Source of the DNA: a bacterium
Lineage (GTDB): Bacteria; Patescibacteriota; Saccharimonadia; Saccharimonadales; UBA4665
Reading direction: 5' to 3'
Assembly (NCBI GenBank): GCA_021799575.1
Contig: JAJZAD010000004.1
Span: forward strand, 7,062 to 71,061
Length of the DNA: 64,000 bases
Shown one piece after another: positions 47,890 through 55,322 of the stretch. Below the pieces are notes generated by a model. The model searched no databases and had not been told where the DNA came from. It was given only the letters and a program-made list of their open reading frames with translations. Both the position numbers and the translations under genes were made by a program. The stretch's first letter is position 1. Every line of letters starts with the position of its first letter.

Positions 47890-49335
47890 ATGACTCAACC
47901 TACCCTGGAAGATATTGTTAGCCTGTGTAAGCGCCGAGGTTTTGTTTTTCCAGGATCGGATGTTTATGGCGGGTTGTCGGGATTTTGGGATTACGGTCCG
48001 TATGGTGTGCAGCTGAAAAGTAACATCATGCAGCTTTGGTGGAAGATGTTTGTTAGTGACAGGGAAGATATATACGGAATTGATGCGGCGATTTTAATGA
48101 ATCAGAAAGTTTGGCAGGCTTCTGGACACACTGAAACATTTACCGATCCCCTGGTTGAATGTTCTTTCTGCCATAGCCGTTTTCGAGCAGACAAAATCGA
48201 TCTTGGTCAATGTCCTACATGCGGCAAAGTAAAAACTTTCGGGGAACCGCGTCAGTTTAATATGATGTTTAAGACGATTGTGGGACCGAATTGGGGCAGT
48301 TTTGAAGCCGATGACGGCAATTACTTTTCTAAATCCAGTCAGGTCAAGATTACAAACAAGCACGGAGATGAGATAAGTTCAATAGGCATTATCGAGCGGG
48401 AAGACTATAACGGTTTAATGGTATACAACAAGGGAGCCCAATCATATCTCCGACCGGAAACAGCCCAAGGAATATTCACTAATTTTAAAAATATAGTCGA
48501 CAGCTTTTACCCGGATATTCCGTTCGGGTTAGCTCAACAAGGTAAAGCCTTTCGTAACGAAATCAGCCCCAGGGATTTTTTGTTCCGATCCCGGGAATTT
48601 GAGCAAATGGAGATCGAGTATTTTGTTAGACCGGACAACTGGCAGGTAGCTTTCGATGACTGGATTGCACAGATTCGTAAATGGTGCTTGGCCATTGGAT
48701 TACCCGACAATATGGTGCATGAGTTCGAAGTGCCGCCAGAGGAGCGGGCACACTATAGTAAGCGGACGATTGATTTTCAATTTGATTTCCCGATTGGCCG
48801 CGATGAATTACTCGGTCTAGCATATAGAACCGATTTTGATCTAAAAAATATTGAGCGTGCTAGCGGCAAAAGTATGGAATATAAACCAAAAGACGGTACA
48901 AAAGGATTTGTACCCCATGTCATTGAACCAAGTTTCGGTGTCGAGCGGGCAGTTATGGCTGTTTTAACTGCCGCATATAAGGAGGATGAAATTAATGGCG
49001 CGAAAAGAATCTATTTACGTTTACCTGCCGATTTAGCGCCGGTCAAAGTTGCAGTATCGCCTCTACTGAAGAATAAACCGGAGCTGGTAGATATGGCTAG
49101 AAAGATATATAAAGAGTTAAAAGCGGCTATCGGAGAGGTAGTGTGGGATGATAATGGGAACATTGGCAAACGTTATAGACGACAAGACGAAATCGGGACT
49201 CCGTTTTGTGTCACCGTAGATTTTGAGTCGTTAGAAGATAAATCGGTTACGCTTAGGAATCGCGATACAACCGCTCAGGATAGAGTGAATAGCGATAAAT
49301 TGAGTAAAATGCTGGTTAAGGAGCTGAAGAGATAA
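47890..49335 (+). CDS. glyQS: Glycine--tRNA ligase, alpha2 type
   Basis: LCKRRGF, DYGPYG, YLRPETAQG, FRNEISP, REFEQME, VIEPSFG, IGKRYRRQDEIG. Confidence 0.96.
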   Translation: MTQPTLEDIVSLCKRRGFVFPGSDVYGGLSGFWDYGPYGVQLKSNIMQLWWKMFVSDREDIYGIDAAILMNQKVWQASGHTETFTDPLVECSFCHSRFRADKIDLGQCPTCGKVKTFGEPRQFNMMFKTIVGPNWGSFEADDGNYFSKSSQVKITNKHGDEISSIGIIEREDYNGLMVYNKGAQSYLRPETAQGIFTNFKNIVDSFYPDIPFGLAQQGKAFRNEISPRDFLFRSREFEQMEIEYFVRPDNWQVAFDDWIAQIRKWCLAIGLPDNMVHEFEVPPEERAHYSKRTIDFQFDFPIGRDELLGLAYRTDFDLKNIERASGKSMEYKPKDGTKGFVPHVIEPSFGVERAVMAVLTAAYKEDEINGAKRIYLRLPADLAPVKVAVSPLLKNKPELVDMARKIYKELKAAIGEVVWDDNGNIGKRYRRQDEIGTPFCVTVDFESLEDKSVTLRNRDTTAQDRVNSDKLSKMLVKELKR

Positions 49336-49895
49336 TGCTTAAACGCCGCAATAAGAAAACCCCAACCGTTTATGCGTTTATAGACAGCCAAAACCTTAAC
49401 TTGGGGGTTCAGAAAGTCGGTTGGAAAATGGACTGGCGGGCTTTCAGGGCCTATCTCAAGGATCAATTTAATGTTTCTAAGGCCTATATGTTTATCGGCT
49501 ACATGCCAGAGAATGAACCTCTTTACGAACATATGCATGAGCTAGGTTATCTTATAGCGTTAAAGCGAACAGTGGATCTTTCCGCGGGAGACAAAGAGCG
49601 GGAAGGTGAAGAGCATAAACCGACAGTCAAAGGTAATATTGATGCAGACCTTGTGCTTTACGCCATGAAGGAATTAGGCAATTACGATAAAGCAATAATC
49701 GTTTCTGGTGACGGTGATTTCGTCAGTCTGATTGAGTACTTGGCTGATCAAAATAAGCTTCTGCATATCATGACTCCAAATTGGCAGTATTCATCGCTGC
49801 TTAAACCATGGGAGCACTATATAATCCGTATCGATCAGCTAAGAAACGAACTTGCCTATAAAGACCGTCCTAGAAAACAACATAAACGTCATTAA
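49335..49895 (+). CDS. NYN domain (LabA/DUF88, PIN-like) protein
   Basis: AFIDSQN, KGNIDADL, IVSGDGDF. Confidence 0.9.
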   Translation: MLKRRNKKTPTVYAFIDSQNLNLGVQKVGWKMDWRAFRAYLKDQFNVSKAYMFIGYMPENEPLYEHMHELGYLIALKRTVDLSAGDKEREGEEHKPTVKGNIDADLVLYAMKELGNYDKAIIVSGDGDFVSLIEYLADQNKLLHIMTPNWQYSSLLKPWEHYIIRIDQLRNELAYKDRPRKQHKRH

Positions 49896-49980
49896 ATTAA
49901 TCAAGCATTGATTTTATACAAGCTATATAATCAATATTCATTTTGGTTATTGGATTAATTTTTAGCAACGAATTAAAAGC

Positions 49981-51270
49981 ATGACTCAAAAGCAGGCCCT
50001 TGAATTAATGCGTAGAGGTCGGAATATTTTCTTAACCGGTCCTCCTGGATCGGGTAAAAGTTACGTGCTGTCCGCTTATGTCGCCTGGGCTGAAAAAGTC
50101 GGCAGGAAGGTGGCACTGACGGCTTCAACCGGCATTGCCGCCAGTTTGCTGGGCGGAATCACGGTTCATTCTTGGTCAGGTATGGCCTTAACGCAACAAC
50201 TAAACAAGTATGATGTGGATCGGCTAATTGGTAAACAATTCCTAAAGGAGCGATTTAATGCAACTGATATCTTAATTATTGATGAAATTTCTATGCTTAG
50301 CGGTCGGGTTTTAAACGATCTTAACACGCTGCTTAAATTAGGCCGCAATTCGAATTTGGCTTTTGGCGGTATACAGACAATATTCGCTGGAGATTTCTTT
50401 CAGCTGCCTCCCGTAAATGCCGGACCTATAGGCTATGCATTCATGTCCGAAGCTTGGCGTGAGGCAGACTTATTAGCTTGCTACTTAAGTGAACAGCATA
50501 GACAACAGAGTGATGAACTAACGGATATATTACTAGCATTAAGAGATCATCGTTTAACCAAAAGACATCTGGATTTACTGTTGTCCAGGCAGGGTATCCG
50601 TCATCAGCCGGTTACGATGCTAATGACCCATAACCGTAAGGCTGATGCTGTTAACTATGGGCGTTTAAATCAAATCAAGGGTGATACTAAGAGCTATAAA
50701 ATGCTTACGTTCGGAAACCGGGGCGCAATTGCTGAACTTACCGGTTCCATACTTGCTCCTAAAGAGTTAAACCTTAAGGTGGGAGCCGAGGTAATGTTTA
50801 TAGCTAATAATTTTAGTGAGGGTTTCGTTAACGGTTCACAAGGAACCGTAGTGAAATTCCGTTGCGGAAAACCGGTAGTAAAACTAAAAAACAGCCGGTT
50901 AAAATTAACGGTAGAAGTTCATAGTTGGAAAAAACAAATTAATGGAACGACTATAGCAGAAGCAGTTCAGTTGCCACTTAGGCTATCTTGGGCAATAACG
51001 GTGCATAAGAGTCAGGGGATGAGTCTTGATGCGGCTGAAATTGATTTGAGACAAAGTTTCGCTTACGGCATGGGCTATGTGGCACTTAGTAGGCTGAAAA
51101 GTTACAACGGATTATATCTATCCGGTTTAAATAGTCGCGCTTTGCAGTTGGACCGAGGGGTATTCGCTTTCGATGATTTAGTGCGCTCAGAGTCTCAAGC
51201 CAACGAACGGCTTCTGACTACTTCATCTAAAACCCGAAGCGTAAGGCACTTTGTTAGGTTATTAAGCTAG
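49981..51270 (+). CDS. PIF1/RecD-like SF1B helicase
   Basis: TGPPGSGKS, ASTGIAA, IDEISML, GDFFQLPP, WAITVHKSQG, YVALSR. Confidence 0.92.
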   Translation: MTQKQALELMRRGRNIFLTGPPGSGKSYVLSAYVAWAEKVGRKVALTASTGIAASLLGGITVHSWSGMALTQQLNKYDVDRLIGKQFLKERFNATDILIIDEISMLSGRVLNDLNTLLKLGRNSNLAFGGIQTIFAGDFFQLPPVNAGPIGYAFMSEAWREADLLACYLSEQHRQQSDELTDILLALRDHRLTKRHLDLLLSRQGIRHQPVTMLMTHNRKADAVNYGRLNQIKGDTKSYKMLTFGNRGAIAELTGSILAPKELNLKVGAEVMFIANNFSEGFVNGSQGTVVKFRCGKPVVKLKNSRLKLTVEVHSWKKQINGTTIAEAVQLPLRLSWAITVHKSQGMSLDAAEIDLRQSFAYGMGYVALSRLKSYNGLYLSGLNSRALQLDRGVFAFDDLVRSESQANERLLTTSSKTRSVRHFVRLLS

Positions 51271-51396
51271 TCGCATAAACATATATGAGCCCATAGCATC
51301 GTTGAATAAAAAAATTATTCAAGTAATATATCTTATTGTAATATTATTAGTAGTAAAGAATAATACAAACTAAAGAGTTGGGAGATAAATTTAAGC

Positions 51397-52284
51397 ATGG
51401 ATGAAAGTGCCAGAATTAATGAGATTAGTGCCGAAAAAGCAGGTCAAATAAAGATCGGTAAGTATTTAGTTAACAGGATCGGTTTCGGTGCCATGCGAAT
51501 AACCGGTAGAGGTATATGGGGACCTCCTTATGATACTAATAAAGCTAAATCGTTGTTAAGACATGCCGTGGACTTAGGTGTTAACTTTATTGATACGGCA
51601 GATTCATACGGTCCTGGGATATCAGAAAGTTTGATTGCGGAAGCACTATTTCCTTATCGGGGAATTGTAATTGCCACTAAAGGGGGATTAATCCGTAGCG
51701 GTCCCGGTATCTGGCGTACCGATTGTTCGCCTAAACATTTGCGTGACGCATGCGAGGATAGTTTAAGACGTCTTAAAGTGGATATGATTGACATCTATCA
51801 ACTGCATACCGTAGATCCCAGGGTTCCGTTCGAAATATCTTTTAGGACATTATTGGATTTACAGCGAGAGGGGAAGATACGTCATATCGGTCTTTCTAAT
51901 ATCGAGCCTGAACATTTTAAGATTGCGATTAACATGGGTGGTTTTGTGTCGGTCCAGAATAACTACAATCTGCTTAACCGTGAGCACGAAGATGTGCTTA
52001 GGCTTTGTGAGCAGCACGGAATTACCTTCATTCCGTATTTTCCGATTGGTGCCGGGCAGCTAGAACAGAAACAACCGACAGCGCTAAGAGAAGTAGAACG
52101 AAGGTTAAACGCTAGCTGGTCTCAGATTGCTTTGGCATGGCTATTGGATCACTCACCTAATATCTTGCCAATACCCGGAACCGGCTCGAGATTACATCTG
52201 GAAGAAAACATTGCCAGTACGGATATAGTCTTAGATGAAGAAGAGGTTGAGATACTAGATAAACTAGCTGCGAACACGACTTAA
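51397..52284 (+). CDS. Aldo/keto reductase
   Basis: GFGAM, DTADSYG, ATKGG, YQLH, IGLSN, PIPGT. Confidence 0.95.
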   Translation: MDESARINEISAEKAGQIKIGKYLVNRIGFGAMRITGRGIWGPPYDTNKAKSLLRHAVDLGVNFIDTADSYGPGISESLIAEALFPYRGIVIATKGGLIRSGPGIWRTDCSPKHLRDACEDSLRRLKVDMIDIYQLHTVDPRVPFEISFRTLLDLQREGKIRHIGLSNIEPEHFKIAINMGGFVSVQNNYNLLNREHEDVLRLCEQHGITFIPYFPIGAGQLEQKQPTALREVERRLNASWSQIALAWLLDHSPNILPIPGTGSRLHLEENIASTDIVLDEEEVEILDKLAANTT

Positions 52285-52299
52285 TAAAACATAACTAAG

Positions 52300-52328
52300 T
52301 TGACAAAAGTACTAATTATTGCTAATAT
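52300..52328 (+). promoter_or_regulatory. Sigma70 promoter for the 52386 ORF
   Basis: TTGACA (52300), 17 bp, TAATAT (52323), extended TG. Confidence 0.6.
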
Positions 52329-52385
52329 ACTAATTGTCTTAATTGATAGTTTATTAAAGATAAAAATAACTAAAAAGGTTTAACT

Positions 52386-52895
52386 ATGCATAACTCAGGT
52401 ACAAAATTTCAATCTTTGAATCCAGAAAAAAAGGCTACTAGGCAAGTCAGGCACGGTAGTGTCGGTGAAGCTGCTGAATCTAAACGTAGAAGTCCTTATT
52501 TTATAAGACGTATAGGCGCAGTTGTAGTGACAGCAGCAGTTACCATTGCAGCCGGATTCGCTGCCGGTGCTAATGCTGGTAGTATCGAAAGAGAAGGTGG
52601 CAGCGTTGCAGGGATGGTAGTAAAGGGGATAAATAATATGACCGGAGCCAATGCACCATCCGAGGAACAATTAGCAGCTGATCCAAAGGTTAGTGTAGTC
52701 ATTTTTCCTAACGGAAGTACATTTCAGCCCCCCAACGGACAGTACGAAGCCAGCTCTATTATGGGGGCTATAGAAAAAGTTGACCCCAATATTAATGCCG
52801 CAACCCAATACGCCATAGTTAAATATATTGCGAATACAGAGAATAACGGTTCGTCGGTTATAGGTGCGGGTCGCATAGAAGTGCCAAGGGTTTAA
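52386..52895 (+). CDS. Hypothetical single-TM protein with possible LysM-like C-terminus
   Basis: Basic N-terminus, one TM helix, C-terminus ending SSVIGAGRIEVP. Confidence 0.65.
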   Translation: MHNSGTKFQSLNPEKKATRQVRHGSVGEAAESKRRSPYFIRRIGAVVVTAAVTIAAGFAAGANAGSIEREGGSVAGMVVKGINNMTGANAPSEEQLAADPKVSVVIFPNGSTFQPPNGQYEASSIMGAIEKVDPNINAATQYAIVKYIANTENNGSSVIGAGRIEVPRV

Positions 52896-53100
52896 ATAAT
52901 CTGAACTCACAAGCACAACTTTTAATATCTAGCTGTGGATAAAATCAAAGTTAATTCACAGTTCATCTTATAAATTAAGTTTTATAAAGACTCGATATTA
53001 TAGAGCAATTATTAAGTTTAAAAGGTGTAATTCGTAGTAAAAACGGTTACAAAGCAATAACCAAACACTGGTGTCAAAAAAACCACTATTTTATATATAA

Positions 53101-53134
53101 ATGGGTTGCAGTGGGTAATAGTGGGTAGTATAGT
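53101..53134 (+). promoter_or_regulatory. mraZ/dcw promoter with MraZ-binding direct repeats
   Basis: (A/G)TGGG at 53101, 53111 and 53121 (10 bp period) overlapping TTGCAG, 17 bp, TATAGT. Confidence 0.8.
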
Positions 53135-53212
53135 CTGATTAGTGGCTTATATAGAACAACACCAAAATAGTGTCGATCTATCAAAAATAAAAACCACTAG
53201 TAAATATAAGGG

Positions 53213-53575
53213 ATGGCTACAATAGATTACTTCGAACGGAGGCTTGACGACAAAAACCGGTTAACGATACCGGCCGAACTTAGAGCCGAATTCGCAAGAG
53301 GTGTTGTGGTAACCCGCGGCTTTAAAAAATACCTGCACCTCTATCCTAAACAGATTTGGGACGAAACGGTGGAGCCGGCGCTTAAAGGGAGCATTCTCGA
53401 TGAGGCCACGGCGGACATTAACGTTCAGTTTAGGATGGGCAAGATAGAGGGACCATTAGATGATAAGCAAGGACGTATCGTACTTGAGCAACATCTTTTG
53501 GACTATGCAGGTATAAAAAAAGATTTGATAGCCGTAAGAGCAGGGCAATACTGGCGGCTGATAGCCAAGCAGTGA
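53213..53575 (+). CDS. mraZ: Transcriptional regulator MraZ
   Basis: Two AbrB-like repeats LDDKNRLTIP and LDDKQGRIVL; heads the dcw cluster. Confidence 0.92.
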   Translation: MATIDYFERRLDDKNRLTIPAELRAEFARGVVVTRGFKKYLHLYPKQIWDETVEPALKGSILDEATADINVQFRMGKIEGPLDDKQGRIVLEQHLLDYAGIKKDLIAVRAGQYWRLIAKQ

Positions 53576-53650
53576 TTACCGATATGGATGGCCCTAAAAA
53601 TTAGCGTACTTTAACAATTTAAACTGAAGACAAAAACCAAACACTATCCT

Positions 53651-53901
53651 CGAGGTTAGCTATTCGGCAGTCAACAAGTGGACACTGGACACACTCTAAA
53701 CGGTCCTCGTTCTTTTCTCAAAAACACCTCCCAAAACTCCACCTCACACAAAGTCTCTCTCAAACTCTTCGTAAAAAGCGGTAAGAAGTTTGAAGATTTT
53801 TTTAAAATCATTTAGATTTTTCTTACATGTAGCTTTTTTCGAACCAATCAAAAACAAAAACTCATTAAAACAAAAAGTTGGCTGCTGAATAGGTGACCTT
53901 G
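53651..53901 (+). ncRNA. Candidate structured RNA between mraZ and rsmH
   Basis: ~24 bp helix 53651-53675/53877-53901 with G-U wobbles valid on the + strand; internal hairpin plus U7 at 53760-53803. Confidence 0.55.
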
Positions 53902-53922
53902 TACAAAAACAAAAACAAGAAA

Positions 53923-54816
53923 ATGCACCGAAATCCTCACACTAATAATGTTCATACACCGGTTATGCTCGCCGAAGTCATCGAGTACGTTGAGCCATTA
54001 AAAGCTGAACGATATCTGGATGTAACGGCTGGTTATGGTGGTCATGCAGAAGCTATTTTAGGCCGGAGCGAAAATTATGAGCAGTCGGTATTAATCGACA
54101 GGGATGCTTCCGCCATAAAAGAACTCATGCATAAGTTTGGAGGCAGGGGTATACAAATCCTGCACCAAGACTACCTATCTGCAAGTTTAAGCTTGCTCAA
54201 GCAGGGCCGCAGTTTTGATATTATAGTTGCGGATTTAGGGGTATCGTCACCGCACCTTAACGAGGTTAGTCGAGGCTTTAGTTTTACTAAAGACGCACCG
54301 CTCGATATGCGTATGGACCAGCAGCAACAACTTACTGCTTGGGACATAGTTAATAAATCGAGTGAAGAGCAATTAGCAGATGTCTTGCGAAATTACGGTG
54401 AAGAGCCGCGATATCGTCAGATAGCTAAATTAATTGTTAAAAACCGTCCAATCAGTTCTACAACGGAGCTGGCTGCTCTTGCGCAAAAAGCGTGGGGTAG
54501 GCATAGCCGTACCCACCCGGCAACTAGGACGTTTCAGGCAATTAGAATTGCCGTAAACGATGAGCTTACGCAATTAGGCCAGGCCTTACCGGTTTGGTTA
54601 AGGCTACTTGCTCCGAAAGGCCGTTTGGCGATCATTTCCTTCCATAGCCTGGAAGATAGGGTCGTCAAACAGTTTTTCGCTAGCGAGTCGGGAGATCGTT
54701 ACGATTCTATCCTGACCGTACTAACCAAACACCCGGTAGCTCCGGGTCCTCACGAAATAGCCAATAATCCGCGTTCTCGTAGTGCTAAACTACGGGTCGC
54801 AGTGAAACAAAAATGA
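53923..54816 (+). CDS. rsmH: 16S rRNA m4C1402 methyltransferase RsmH (MraW)
   Basis: HTPVML, DVTAGYGGH, DLGVSS, PLDMRMD, FQAIRIAVN, SFHSLEDR, NPRSRSAKLR; ATG 53923 preferred over GTG 53893. Confidence 0.97.
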   Translation: MHRNPHTNNVHTPVMLAEVIEYVEPLKAERYLDVTAGYGGHAEAILGRSENYEQSVLIDRDASAIKELMHKFGGRGIQILHQDYLSASLSLLKQGRSFDIIVADLGVSSPHLNEVSRGFSFTKDAPLDMRMDQQQQLTAWDIVNKSSEEQLADVLRNYGEEPRYRQIAKLIVKNRPISSTTELAALAQKAWGRHSRTHPATRTFQAIRIAVNDELTQLGQALPVWLRLLAPKGRLAIISFHSLEDRVVKQFFASESGDRYDSILTVLTKHPVAPGPHEIANNPRSRSAKLRVAVKQK

Positions 54817-54829
54817 AAGGGAAATGCGA

Positions 54830-54889
54830 ATGCCGATTCAGGTAAAAAGCAACTCCCGGGCATATAAGATCCACGTACGCGTGCTCTAA
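54830..54889 (+). CDS. Putative 19-aa small protein MPIQVKSNSRAYKIHVRVL
   Basis: SD AAAGGG (54816-54821) 8 nt upstream; lies between the rsmH stop and a strong hairpin. Confidence 0.35.
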   Translation: MPIQVKSNSRAYKIHVRVL

Positions 54890-54901
54890 TGCCTAGTAAG
54901 G

Positions 54902-54936
54902 GTCGGCTCTGTTCCTTAAACCGGAACAGAGCTGGC
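54902..54936 (+). other. 14 bp stem-loop upstream of the ftsL-like gene
   Basis: GTCGGCTCTGTTCC / GGAACAGAGCTGGC with a 7 nt loop; followed by A-rich, not U-rich, sequence. Confidence 0.75.
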
Positions 54937-54960
54937 TAAAAAAGGAAACAAAAATAAAAT

Positions 54961-55308
54961 ATGACATATTCAAGCTCACTTGCCCTTTCAAGGGCTCAAT
55001 TTGCAAGCCGAAACCGTAACTCGGTTGCATTTAAAACCCAAACTAAAAAACTAGGTCCAGTAAGCAACACGATAGTTTTAATCGTGTTAGCCTGTTTATT
55101 GGGTCTGTTTTATTTATCTCAAGTTACCAAAACTAATGCCGAAGGCTTTACTTTGAATTCCTTGCAACAGCAACAGTCTCAACTAGAGACGGAGAATGCC
55201 AATCTTGCGGTCTCATCTGCGCAGTTAGAGTCTATCAGTCGGGCACAAAACAGCACAGTAGCTAAGAACATGATTCCACTTACTCCTTCTGCAACCGCTA
55301 CTAATTAG
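54961..55308 (+). CDS. ftsL: FtsL-like cell division protein
   Basis: Short cytoplasmic N-terminus, one TM, leucine-zipper coiled coil; between rsmH and ftsI. Confidence 0.7.
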   Translation: MTYSSSLALSRAQFASRNRNSVAFKTQTKKLGPVSNTIVLIVLACLLGLFYLSQVTKTNAEGFTLNSLQQQQSQLETENANLAVSSAQLESISRAQNSTVAKNMIPLTPSATATN

Positions 55309-55322
55309 TTATAGTAAAGGTT

